64,000 nt of DNA from Raillietiella orientalis (Eukaryota). A program made the position numbers and the translations under genes. Shown in pieces: positions 38,450-51,399 of this stretch. Each line of letters starts with the position of its first letter. Position 1 is the first letter of the stretch. The notes below the pieces were generated by a model that saw only the letters and a program-made list of their open reading frames with translations, was not told the origin of the DNA and searched no databases. Location of the stretch: contig JAYWIR010000015.1 of NCBI GenBank assembly GCA_036172245.1, positions 124,001-188,000 of the forward strand. Direction: 5' to 3'.

Positions 38450-39400
38450 TGCTAACACATGAAAAAAAAAAAGTCGAATGGGTCCGAAACGAAGCCATCA
38501 ACGTTCAAAGTTCCTTCCAGGAGGCTAACAAATCCATTCTGAGGTTCAACAGGGAAGAATAACTGATCCTGATCCATCCATTGCGGACCTCGTTCAGCTA
38601 TCAATGTATCATAAACGATGTCGGTAGAACCGGGAGGGAAAAAAAAATACCTCCGCATTGCGTGGTCTCAGAGACAAGAATAATAATAAAAGAGACCAGC
38701 ATCACAAGATGAAGGTGAATAAACATTGCAAGTTTATTCGTCTTTCCGGTCATACGGTGGCTATTGATCCACTTGGAGTACCTGAAGATGTTCTGGTGAA
38801 TAATGTGGTACCATGGATTTAACGGTGTGCGCATTCGCAACACGGGTTTTCTCAAGTCGTGCAGACCGGAGTGAACTCAGTCCCCAGCACTGTGGAATCA
38901 CCATCCAAAGGAAGTCTGAGGGACGGTGACCTCACAGCAGTTTCGCAGGAGCGGTTTGCGAGATTCTTACGCTTCCTTGCCCAAGTTCCAAAAACATCCT
39001 AAAAGAGCTTGAATATGCTGGAACTATCCAAGCTCGGCGATTGGCTTCCATTACATAAGCATCACGTTTCGAGATTAGGTGATCGAACAAGTTCTTCCCT
39101 ACAATCGGGATTGCGAGACCACTCCATGTTTCTTTCTTTCCAGGAGTTGATTCCACTATCGGCAATCTAAAAAATTTCATCCTTCCCTTCCACTCCGAGT
39201 ACAGGGCTTCCCAGATAGTAGCAATCATTCACTGAGAATGCCAGTACAATCCGCGTCTCTAGAGACGGCGACACCCCACGTTTTCACCCGGAGCTTTGAC
39301 GATGCCCCTGACAATGATTTGCCCTAACATCTTCCATAGATGGCTGCGTAGCTACGGAAGATGCAAATTGTTATCAGAAAAATATTCTGATGAATCCACT
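38450..39400 (-). mobile_element. LINE ORF2 post-RT fragment
   Basis: ALYSEWKG...STPGKKETWSGLAIP (ORF 38932..39228) resembles FLW...PKxxGGLxIP. Confidence 0.3.
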
Positions 39401-40989
39401 ACGTCTACTATCTCAGTGACGCTCTCACAGAGCAACCCCTAGCCAAGGCTTAGTCAAAGGCAAGGAAATATTTCATCTGTGCTGCCCGTAATCCAATTTA
39501 TGTATGCTTTCACATGTTCCCAGCCGAACGACGCTAAATTGTGCATTTTTCACACATTAGAATCACAGTTCCTTGCAGATCCCTCCCTATTCCTTGCTTC
39601 TAGAAAATTTGCCGAGCTTGTTTAGACGTAGGGCAGACCAGGGAAGGAAGTCCAAGAAAGACTCCTCGCAGCAGAGACATCAATAAGAATTAGTTTCCCG
39701 GAAACACAATTATGGATAATGCGACTGGAGAAAATATGGCAGTGCTTGGATGTCTTAATAAAGCAGAGCTAACGGCAAAATTTTCAGTGAAGAGCAACAA
39801 CACGCCAGAAGCGGCGTAAATAGTGATGATGCCGAGAAGTGTTGTATTCCTGATGAATTTTCCGAAAAGAGCTTCAGAATTTTGAAACTTTGAAAATGAG
39901 CTTCCATGTAATCAAATGGAGCCATGCATTTCTGGATTTCTGGACAGAGTCAGCTTGTAAAAAAAAGGAAAAAACTCATATAAGCAGGGAAAGGATTGGA
40001 GTCTTTTGTGGAAGGAATCAAAAATGAAACATAAGTTGACACATCGTGCTAGCAACGGCTTCCGTGGAACAGAGGGTTACTGTGACACGCCCCTGTAGTT
40101 GCTTTTACTCTCAAAGATCGCCTGTTTCCATGGCCACCCTGATAAAATTCCAGAGGAGCAAGAGAAGATTAAGACTTGGAAAGGCACGAGGCGCATTCCT
40201 CGAGCGCCGAAACACGCACGACCGAAAGTAGTTTGCTGGAACCACGCCATAGAAAATTTCGGGGTGGAAAAATGCGGTTTCTAAACGTTGCGATCACGAG
40301 TATGGTCGAAGATCTCACTGGATGGCATTTTCCGTGAAGACTTTTAGATCTACAAAGCGCGAACGAAACCATCCTTGATCCTTGCAGACATCCGGCCTTT
40401 CGAGGAGATGCACGTGGATCCTGGACCACCGTCCTCTCGGATCTTACCTGCCGATTTGAGAACTCCTCTTTTGCCTGAGTCCATGACTGGGTTTCGAGAA
40501 TCGTGAGATGAATCTCAGCTAGAATCAGTTTGATGCACAGGAAGACGAACGGGGCGCATGAGTAAAGTCGACCACAGTAGGAGTCAATTGTCAGGAAAAG
40601 CGAAAGCCGAGTCACGCGGGCGAAATATCCGTTCGATGCAGGCCTTGCCTGCATATGCGTGGAGACAGGTAACCAAGGCGTTGATCGAATCCGCCCAAAG
40701 TTCCTCCTTCGAGAATTTGTTTCTTTCTCTTTTCTATTAGAATCTCTGAAGGATTGTTGGCTTTCTTTTTCCGGCGCGCGAGTGCATTTCAAATCCTGAA
40801 GGCCAGACTGCTAACGCATCCAGTGTACGGTGAGGAGGTAGGGGACAGCGGAGTCTCGAAATCTCACTAAGGCGCTTCTGGAGGGTATGGAAGGGGGGAG
40901 GGGAAAGGAACGGGCACTGTTCTTGCCTGGCAGGTTGGACATACAGAGCTGTCTTCAGTAGTCACTTTTGATCAGTGACGTTTGCTTAC

Positions 40990-41780
40990 TGAGCGGTCGA
41001 AAAACAGCGTGTTCTTGCTTGCCTCGGCGATGTGTTGCAACAACACAACACTACAGGAAAAGGGGAGAAGGAGTTCCCATGATGGCGTGAGACAGCAAAC
41101 AAGCCGCCCTCATTTCGAGGAAGCATAGGCAACACCGCGAGCGACTCAGGAAAGAGTGAACATAGTGGGGGAAGCTTGAAAAAATCCCGTTCCCCTGTAG
41201 CAGGAACTGTGGTGCTGTTGAACTTCTGGTCCCGACGACGAAAAGCATTTTGTGCGCCGTCAGCTATCACTGGCATCTTTGATGCGTTCTCTGAACAAGC
41301 ACCGAAAACGTCCCCAGAGAAAACATCCCATTTCTCTGTCGTACCAGTTGTACCGAGAATGATTGCTTGTGCAAGAACCAAAGCGAAGGGTCAGCACCGA
41401 AGAGGAAGCGGAGGCGACAATCCAAGTTTTCTCCTGCTGCTGCTGGCAGTGGGAAATCCTCGGACTGCGTCTTTCCCGAAAGCTCTGATGTATCCTAACT
41501 GCGTGTCACCGAAACGCAGTTCCTCTTCACCGGCTGCGAATTCCGCGACCCGTTTGAGTCTGAGCTCAGAGATTCCTTCCTTCGTGCAGCAGTTTCTTTG
41601 TTTGCTTGCTTGTTTGGCGCAGCAAGCAGTCTCCTGGTATCTTTCAAGGGGTGCATCGCCTGTTTGAAGGCGCAAGTGTCGGAAGGAGCAGCAGATTTCT
41701 GCATCAAACCTTCCTTCGCTTCCATCTGCCCAAACTATTTTTTTCCGGGTCCTCCATCTGGGACGGTGACATCATCATGA
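40990..41780 (-). mobile_element. LINE RT C-terminal fragment
   Basis: MLPRNEGGL (ORF 40986..41381) is the typical post-RT LPxxxGGL motif. Confidence 0.4.
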
Positions 41781-41949
41781 TAGTAGGTCATGCAGTGAGA
41801 ATTGGCATGCTTATGGTCACTGCGGCAGGGAAAAACTTTTCACTCTTGTTGACGTGGTTCCCATCGGATATTTCAGTAAGACAAAGTTTTGTTTGTCGGT
41901 CACAAACACTCGAGCGTTCGTATTTAATGTTCCTCGAGTCATGCATCTC

Positions 41950-44900
41950 CTAGCCATGCAGTAAGAAGAAGAAATGGATGACTCGGCTAAAAACTCTGGA
42001 ATTTGGAGGTGCAGACGCTACGGGATTTGTTTCGGAGAGCACAAGCAAGAGGTCTGCGGCGAAAGAGAACTTATCCCACGCGTCCTGGCACCCCGCCGCT
42101 CCATTTGCACCTGTTGGATCGACTCGCTCGAAACATTGGTTCGTGAATCGTAGATGCCTCGGACCAGGCGTTCCGTCCGATCAGTGTGGCTGCATACAAT
42201 CGTCCATCAGGTCGGCCGACGTTTCGGTAGCCCATCGCGTCTCTGCAGCTCTTCGCCGCACCAGGAGGAGGAAACCTCCCCCCTCCCTCCGGACCTGAAG
42301 TGCAATCTGTCTCTTGCAGTCCGATCACTGCCGCCAATGAGAATCCGGATTCCTGATGCAGAAGCAGCTCTTCCCAGCATTCGAGAAGAGCCTCTCGTGA
42401 GCTACAAGTAGAGGAGCGTCTCACAAGAGTCTGCAGGTACCTGCTCGCAACAGATGACAAATCTCCCATACCGCCATCTTGGAAAAGAAGTGCCTTCCTG
42501 GAACCGGCATCGGTGGGAGTGCCGCCGACACTCTGCGTCAGCCAGGAGGCGTCCGAAGAGGTTTCGTCTGCCTAAAGGTTCGCTTTCGGTACATGGCTTC
42601 CGCGAGAAATCTTCCCCGGGTCTTTTCGCTTTCCGTCCTCATCTCTTGCACGAGGACATGTCGACTCCCGGAAGGCATCTCCAGAAAGATCGGATCCGGG
42701 AATGCGAATTTTATCCGCGAGCACCAGTTTTAAACCTCATCAGGTTCTGGATTTAGGCTGCAAGAAAAAAAAAAAAAAGACGAGCCAGCAGGAAGAGGGA
42801 ACTCCCATTCCGGATCCTCGTCAGTTCCAGCATAGGGACCGGCAAATCATCATTTGGGAAAATTGGCACGGGATCGAGCCCATGAGATGTGCGACGCTCG
42901 GGAAGAGCTGGAGGAAGAGAAGAGAGTGGTTGGAGCCAAGAGGAAAGCGAATGGTTCCTGGTTTTCGATCGCTGGTTCTCAGCTGTTGTACTGGCACTTG
43001 GAAGCACTGGAAGCGCTACTGCTCTCCCTGAACCAGGTTTGCAGCTTTCTCTCAGGTTTCTTCCTCTTCCTGCCTCGTGGGTCTTCGTGCTTGCTGGGTC
43101 AGGCTGATCCGAGATTTTCCTTTCGAGGTCTCTCACCAAGCTATATCGGCGGCGCTCAGTTGATGCTGCCTCTGAGAAGAGAATCATTTCATAGATGCGC
43201 GATCTCACTGGCAAGGAGCCAGAAGATGGATCAGGGGTATGAAAAGGGGAGCCAACAGGTTGACCGGAATGGCACCTTCATCCCTTGCCGGTGGAGATGC
43301 TGCCTCTGCAATCCACGCTGGGAGTCCAAACTGATCAACTGCGAACCCTCCTCTTGCAGCCTGGCACGTCTGTCGACTTACGCGGACGATCTTCTTCTGC
43401 TGCTTCCCATGTCCAAACCGGATCCCTCACTCGAAAACCTTTTCAAGCTGCTCAGACATGGGACAAGCCTGGAGGTGAACAGGACAAAGTCGTCAATAGT
43501 TCCAGTTGGTGCTGTGTGGACCGGACGGCCGGGCTGAATCTGCTTGGGGATCCCCACGGGAGGGTACTTCAAGTACCTTGGAGCCCGTAGGAGGACTTCT
43601 GCATTGCAGAAGCCTGATCCGGCCGTCTCCAATGAGTGGAGATTGCTCTCAGCGCGTTCCAGAAAAGCAAGTTTTACCTGCGGGAACGGTCCGCGGTGTG
43701 AAACGCGTTTGCGGTCCCCCTTCTCCGCCTCTTGATTTTTGTTTGTCCCGTTTCACCCAACATCAAAAAACGAACCGAAGACCTCCTGAGAAAAGTCCTT
43801 TGAGACACAGGAAAGTCCCGAGTTCGCTTAAAAGACTTGTGTGCTCCGCGTAGGGATGTGGAATGGAGTGGAGAGGATGGAGATGATGGAGCGTCAGCTC
43901 CAAATCAGAACACTTGCCCTCGCAGCGAGGCTATGGAACACACCTTGGTGCGCGACTGCATGGCTCCCTATCAGAAGAGTGACCGGACTGCGAAAGATTA
44001 ACCTCGATCCTTGTGGTCAACGACACCAGCCTAAAGCAATGTGTCCATCAGCTGCGTCGAATGGTTGCCTTGGTGCGGGAGAACACATGGATCTCCTGCC
44101 TTCCCGTGAACTGCAATGCCTGGCTTCAGGAATCAGTTTCAACATGGGAAAAGGTCCACGGCTCGAGCGAGAAGGACTACTCCTGCCCCTGGAAAGAGAG
44201 GTACGCTCGACAGCCCCTGCGAAAGATCGTATGCAACCAACGCAAACTGCTGTAGGCCTCTTTCACCCCCCTTGCCCCAGTTTTGCTCTCATACTTACCT
44301 GAAAAACGCTAGGGACAGCAATGAACCGACAAGTTGGGAAGTGTCCTGCTGCATCAAAGGCAGGAAAAAACTTTTAAGCGTGTGGACAACTCGGCAGCTA
44401 GAGGACGCTGCTTCCCCTCGTGTCCCGCCAAAAGAGCTTGTACGCTGGGACGAGCTGCTCACGATACCTCCAGAGGAGGTGAAGTGCCCCCAGCGTGTTG
44501 GGACAGTGGCACCCTCCCCCTCAAGTGGCATGAGAACGGGTTGCTGCATTAGGGAATCCGATGCAGAACACCCTTCTCTCACTGGACACGGAGGAGCGTC
44601 GATGCTCATTGTACAAAGTGCGGCAAGAAGGAGACCTTCCCGCACTTATCGGTAGACTGTTCTGCCCTTCGATTCCTTTGGGATCGTCGAGAGACGATCC
44701 TTGGGAAACCAGAGTTCGAACCAAGGGACATTTTCTGACGCCTCTTACAGCGTGCTTATCTGCCGCCAGACGCGTCCTTAGCAGTTCTCTGCTGCTGTGC
44801 CTGTGGAATCGTGACATGATGGAGCGCGACAAGGGGAGGGCAAAATGGCAGGGACGCCATCCACTGGACAACGATCTTTTTGAGGACCACGTCGAGGTGG

Positions 44901-45000
44901 CCTCACCTGGGCAATGCCAAAACAGCACTTGTCAGCATACAGAACAGAATGCAGAGGACGTCTCCAGGAGAACAGTGACCCCTTTCCTACCCTATTCTCC
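41950..45000 (+). mobile_element. Decayed L1/Tx1-like LINE ORF2 (RT and C-terminal region)
   Basis: FDRW (KAFDRV-like, ~42962), intact STYADDLLLL (YADD 43379-43390), LEVNRTKSSIV and FKYLG (43568-43582). Downstream Cys/His remnant CCIRESDAEH and LCLWNR. Confidence 0.85.
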
Positions 45001-45249
45001 CTAAGAAACTTCCTTCTCTCCCCTTTTTTTTCTCTCTCTTTTTTCTTTTTTGTGGTTTTCCCTCCCGACCGGACCTCACCGGTCTGCGTACCGGGTGCTG
45101 ACAAGTGGTTCGCGCATAATAGAGCCAAAAGTTCTACCACGAATCCGTAATATAGAATATTTGTATTATAATTTTTTTATAATAAATGCTCCGGCAAATC
45201 CGGGTGACAAACCTCTTGTAGCCGTGGCCGGGCGCTGCGCCTCTAGGAA

Positions 45250-48100
45250 ACCCTCCCTTTTCCCGTGAAGCAGGAAGGCACGCTGTCTGGAAGGGCAAGA
45301 GCCACTGCTGGCAGCGACGTGACAGACGGTGGCCCGCCTAAAAAGAGAGAGACGCAGACCAGAGGATGGGGAGGGCAGATTGGAGACCCAAGACTAGCGC
45401 AAGGGCTGACACCTCCAGCGCGCGGGTTTTCTCTCTCAGAGGGTTCCGTCGGAGCGAGCTTCATCGCTGTCCGAAGGCTGCATCTCTCCTCCAGGCTGCT
45501 CGAGATCTCAAGGAAGACCTTTCTCCGGATCTGCCCGCTTGGAAGGAAGTTACGCCGGTGGGTCGATCCTCTGAAGCCACTGGTGCGAGCGTTGCTACGA
45601 GGGGAAGGTGCGAACAAGAGCAGGTTTGCCATGGCAACGGCGCACCTCGCGTTCCGAGGCGGGTGTCCAGTCGATCCAACTATCCTGATGACGGCAGATG
45701 ACGAGAGGGAGGTAGCGCGTTAGCTCCCAGTTCGATCCTTTCCGGACGGCAGATGCGCTCCTGCCATTCCCTGAAGCAGGGCCGAAAATGGGCGTCTTTG
45801 CTCGAGGGCTCCGGCGGGCCAGGCTGCGGATCTCCGCGCGGTTCTTCAGGAGCGAGGGACTGTTGCATGAGGTCACCAGGAGGTCTCCCTCATGCAGCGC
45901 GGTGCCCCAGTGCCAGATGAGGTTCAGGAAGAGTACGACTCTTTGGTACGACTTCCCCGCATCCGCAAAGCCGCACATCTGGGAGGGAAGGTGGCAGCTG
46001 CGACGGGACAAGAGAGAGTCCCCAAGCGGACGGCACTCTGGTCAGCACGCGCGGGCGCCAGAGCGGCTCCTCGCCATTCTTTGTTTGGCGCGAAAGCTAT
46101 CCCATCTCTCGGAAGCAGGCTAGCCAGACGTCTTCGGTCCGAACGAGTTCATGTTGCTGTGGGGGAGAAATGGGGGAAGAGGAAGATGAAGGAAGAAGAT
46201 GCCTTCTCTCCGCTCGGGAAGGAACAGAGAGGCGCTCGATGCTCTCGAGAGGAGTCTCTCGGCTCTCCCGACTGGTGGATACTCTCGCTCGCAGCAGCGG
46301 TCCTCGGTGTCCCCATCGGCAGCATCCGATGAGGGCGCAGAGTAGCGTCCCTTCTCCAGAAGGCGGACTCCCGCCGGCTCACCCAAAAGAAGGGACGCCG
46401 GCTTTTCCAGCTCTTGCCTTTCCTTCTGTCTCCGGGACGATGTGAGAGTAACCCTTTCAGAAGCTGAGCAGTCTTTCCTGAGAACCGGAGGCGACATTTC
46501 TCACCCTTCCAGGGCGTCCTCTTGGCGGAAGCGCGCATTGATCCTGCGCTGAGACCTCTCGCCTCTCTACTGTCGTCCCACGCCCGGTAGGGCTCGGTAG
46601 TCGAGGGTCGAAGGAAGGGGTACTGCGAAAGAGGCAAGGAGGGTAAGAGAGAGGAAAGGAGGAGAGAGAGCGACAGCCTCTAAGAGATCCAGAAGCACCT
46701 TGGGACCGCAGCAGTCCTGCAGAAGACTCAGGAGACGGGAGAGCCCCTCCTGGGGAAGTGACCTCGATGTCAGAAGCCTCGAAGTCACCACTGGAGGCAC
46801 TGCAGGAGAGAGTCTTTCCCACCTACTCTACTCCTCCGAAAAGGAAGAGGAGGAGGGAAGAAAGAAAGGAGAAGGGGAGGCAGTGGCGATGCGGCAGAGA
46901 AGGTCCTTCTTTCGGCCTCCGTTCGTTTTCGGAGATCATCGATCCCGTCGCAGGTCCTGCAGAGACGCAATGAGGTGTCAGGTTCTCGCGTAAGATGAAG
47001 AAGGAAAAGGGAGGAGGAGTGGTCCTTCCCATTCCTTTGGTACCACCGGGAAGCACCAGCGGGGAGCACCGTCAGGAGAGTGAAAGCGACTGCCGCGTAG
47101 GGAGCGAGGGGAACGCTCCTGTGGCCCACGCAACCTCTCTGAGCGGGAGAGTGCACCTGCAGCACGAGGGGGGAGGTAGGTCCACCATCTTTTTTTGTGG
47201 GCCACTGGGAAATACCTGTGGCTGCGAAAAGGGTCGTTCTTTCGGGAAATCGGAACTCCCTTCCTGGAGGAAGGCTGATGGAGGGAGGGAGGGAGCAATG
47301 GTGGAAGTGCACTCTGGGAGTGGGTCTGCGCCTCCCTCTACCAAATGAGCGGCCACAAGGGGGCTGGAGGGAAAACAGTCGACGTGGAAGGGGAGGTGAC
47401 ACGATGGCAAAAGACAAGAGGGCATTGGGGCAGTGGCAGCGAGGGCGAGGGACGTCGTCGTCCCTGCTCGGGATGAGGTCACGTGCCACAAGCCCCGCGG
47501 TGTACTCGGAGAGAGACGGCAACGGAATCTGGGCACTCGTCGAGCACCTCTTCTGAAGCTTGCGAGGCGTCTGCAGCTCCAGGCATCCGCACTCGCTCCC
47601 TGGGAAGCCGTGGACGGACCGGATCTTGTGAGAGAGGTGCCGCCTGCGCCGCCTTTAATCTTCGGAAGCTCAGCGCCTGGACCGGAAACTACATCGGCCT
47701 TCAAGGATCACGGAGGGAGGGCAGGGACTTCGGGGCTTCTTCACTGTCCGGGCGCTCACAACGAGGAGCGCCCGTGAGTAGTCGGTCTCTTCGCAAGCGA
47801 GCCTCCTTGACCAATTCTTCAACCAGTGGAGAGATGACGCCTGCGAGCCGTCCCGGACAGTTTCCCACCCAGCGGAGAGATGACGCTTGCTTTTCACGGA
47901 TCTGCCTGCAGCAGTGTCCTTCTCTCCCTTGTCGTGGAGTCTCCTCGTCCACGGGACGATCGGAATCCCGGAATTCCTGAAGTGGTGGGAGGGACTGCAC
48001 AATGCTGATTGCCAGGAGACGAACCTCCTCACGAAACACGGAGCGCGTGTGCGCTCCATTCCCAGGAAAAGTGTGGCAGACTGGCGATTTACGCACGGTT
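45250..48100 (-). mobile_element. Decayed LINE ORF2 (APE + RT), convergent with the previous element
   Basis: In order on the minus strand: DRPVDEET and WVGNCPGRLAGVIS (APE-like), GRYSAPSSD (KxPGxDG-like), HLPSQMCGF..GKS (QxGFxxGR-like) and SAVRKG. Confidence 0.5.
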
Positions 48101-51100
48101 CTCGAAGGGCCACCGCGAGACTCCGCCGGAAGGAAGGACGGCAAGGGGAAAGACACCACGATGTACCTCTCTCCTCTTAACATCTCGTTTCGTTATCCCC
48201 CGGGCAACAGATCTTCTTGGTCCACGCTCCCGTCGCTGACCGCGCTACGGACCGCCGCGTTCGCGCCTCCTGCGAATAGGGGAGACTCTAGCGGTCGTCT
48301 AGAGCTCCAATCGGATCGAAAAACTCTCCGCCCCACCGGAAAGAACCCATTCGCGTAGATGCGCAGCCATTTTCGAACGGAAGTCCCCTTAGCGGGTTCC
48401 CCACAGCGCGCGCTCCCTGTTTCCGTCCGAACGAACGCTCTTCTCGTGTGCAGGGAAGTTTCCCGCTTCTCCCGGCCGCCTCCAGCTGTACTATGCATCG
48501 AATGGGCTGCGGTGGATTCGCAGCGAGGAGGCTCCTCCGGAAAATTCCTCTTTCCCCTCCCCTCTCGTTCTTCAGCAGAAGCAGAGTCCACGTGTGGCAC
48601 CGCCGTTAATTTCCGGTCACCACACTCTCTGATGGGGGATTAGCAAACAAGCAGGAGAGGAGTGGGGGGGGGGGAAGGACTTGGGGACGGGTGCAGGAGC
48701 ATTTTCAACCCGTCACCCGTTCACGTCCAGTGCGAGAGCTCCTACTTGCGGCAACAGGCAGAACTAAAGTCGGAAATTTCCAGTTAGTCGGCAGCGTTTC
48801 CGCTCCTGCTGACTCGGGCAGGTGAACGCTGACTGGCATGACTGGCATCTTTCTTCCTGCCCGGCAAAAGGAAGGGAAGCTGGGTGGATTTCCATGATCA
48901 TTTTTTATTTTATTTGTGCTTTTTTTTCTTTCCCCCATCTTTAGTGGATTCCAACATGGGTGCTCGGTTTTTGTATTCCCCTTTGAAAAAGGGGAACACC
49001 CTCCACCCCTCTGTCCCACTCTGGATCACGAGCTTCAGTTCTCAACTGAATCCATCACTGAACATAAAAGAAGTGCAACTCGTGGATTTTCAATTTCATG
49101 CTACTGATGGCTCCCGGAGAGCGGCTAGTAGCTGTTCTTCTTTAGGCTCGTCGGAGGACAGTTAGAAATCAGGGTGCTGCTTCAATTTGGTTTCTGCCTC
49201 TTTCTACTTGTCTCTCCCCTCTCCTCCCCCCCTCCTCGCCTCCTGCCCAAGGGAGGCACTTTTCCTACACACAGCAACGAGTCGTTCGGTGGAAGCAGCT
49301 CTCCAGCAAGGCACCGGAGCATAGCCCCAAAGCTCCTGTTGATGCGATCCGGGAAAGAGAAACCTACCAACTTGAGGGCTAGAGCAACAGCTGTGGAGTC
49401 CTGTTTGTCCGTCACCTTCGGGACCCCAGTTTGCCGAGTTTGCATCGGAAATTGTCCAGCTGCCTCTTCCCTGGTACCACCAGCTCAGGGATGAGTTGAT
49501 TACGAGAAATAAAAACGTGCAACGGAAGAATTTTCCTGCGGGTTCCTCGCGCTAGAGGTTAAAGAAAACGCCGTTCCTGCTTTGCATGAATTCACAGGAA
49601 AGAGACATCGCAATCCCCTTTCGAGTGCCCCCATTCGGCGCTTTTCAGCTGGCATCTTGGATTTTCTGCGAGGTGTTGAGCAAAGAGTCCAGGTTCGAAC
49701 TCTGCCTCACCCTCTGACACCGATCTCCTTCGGTGGACTCATCAGGAGTTCCCGTGCTGCTACGTGTGCACTTCCCGTGAGTTCCACGTAACCTCACGGC
49801 AGCTTTCTCTTCTCCAGCAGCAGCTCCGTGACGGATTTCCATTCCGCGCATCCTGCTGTGCTCTTGTTGGTGGCGGTGACCTGTTGCGTGAGGACTGGGG
49901 TCTCCGATGCCTCCTTATGCCACCCACCCCAGCCGTGTTGGGATGAGTCCCTCGAGCCCCGGAAAGCGCGTCCACCCCCTCGAGAATGTCGGTGGGAATG
50001 CGAGCACAGAATCGCCGGATGGTCAGTTTCCACTGATACCTTTTCAGGATTCTGTGGAGTCGACTCTTTGCCTCGGAACTCTTTTGTCCTCCTGATGGGG
50101 ATGCTCCGGATGAAAAAGACTGTGGTTGCGGCCACCATGGAATTATACACGGAACATTTCCTTGACCCTCAAGGAGTCCTCTTAAAATTCCCAGTTTGGT
50201 CACTGATCGTAGTTGCATCTTCTGCTCTGACATTCCCCCATCTTAAACAGGGGTTCAGAAGATGTAAAAATGCAAGTTGTCCTCAGTGGTCTGCATGCCG
50301 GGAGTCACGCATTGGCGGGAGTTCTCCGCTCAATGTTGAAACGGCAATGTCTCCGTGACAGAACACCAGGAGGTTGTCTTAGATATCTGGAGACAAGTCG
50401 GATCTCGACGACAAAAAAGGTTCAAGGCAGGTTGTCCACACTGCGTCCACGTCGATTCATCGTTCTGGAGCTCTGGGGGGTGCACTCCCAGAACTCGGGG
50501 TTCACTTTAGGATCATCGCGACCTTTGCGTTCGCCAGGGTTCGCGGGTCTTGTGGGTTTGTCGACCCACCAAGTGCTGCGAACGCCTCTGTCGTTTGCAT
50601 TGGAACATTCACGCTTCGTGGGTATTCCCGCTGGCGGGTCGCCGATGGTCAGGTGTGACCTCCAATAGAGCCACGGGATGCTCAATGATATCGCCAGGGA
50701 AAGAAGATTTTCTTTGTGTGCCCGACGGCTCCTCAGATCCCGGCTCGGCATTCTTTCCTCCTCGCCTCGCTGTCTGACATCACGAAAACTTCAAATTCTA
50801 CTCCGGGCTTTCTTCCCTTCCCTCCCGTCCACACGAGCGCTCTTTGGGCACTGGCCGCGGATGTTTGGCCACTTTCTCGGGACGCGGTAGGAAGCTGCGT
50901 CGAACAGGAACTTGGGTGCCAGCACACCGTCCTGAAGTTTGGCCCTTCTCCTTCAAGAATGAATCTGCTCCTCTGACCCTCACTTTCTGACTGCCTTGGC
51001 ATTTCTCGAGCACCTCTAGAGTCAACAGACTGCTATGACTCTGGTAGTTGATGAAATACGTGATGTAAAGAGTTGTTGTGTGATTCTCGCGTCCCGTTTG

Positions 51101-51399
51101 CGCAGAGTGGAGGGGAATTCTGCTCAGTTCACTGGTGGAAAATGACATCACACCATCTCCCGTTTTTTTCTTCCTTCTTTCCTTCCTTCCTTTCTTTCTT
51201 TTTTTTCATTTTAGCGCTCTTAAATTACTCGCACCCTGCGCCCACCGGAAGCAGATCAACGAGCCCATCTTTCTCTTAGCTAACCATTCTGACGGGGTAG
51301 TCCCCAAGATCTTATTACCCCTGAAATCGGATGTGGACTGAGATTCCCTATTCGTGCTGCCATCATCGTCTAAGTTTCGTCGGTTTCCACGGAAGACTG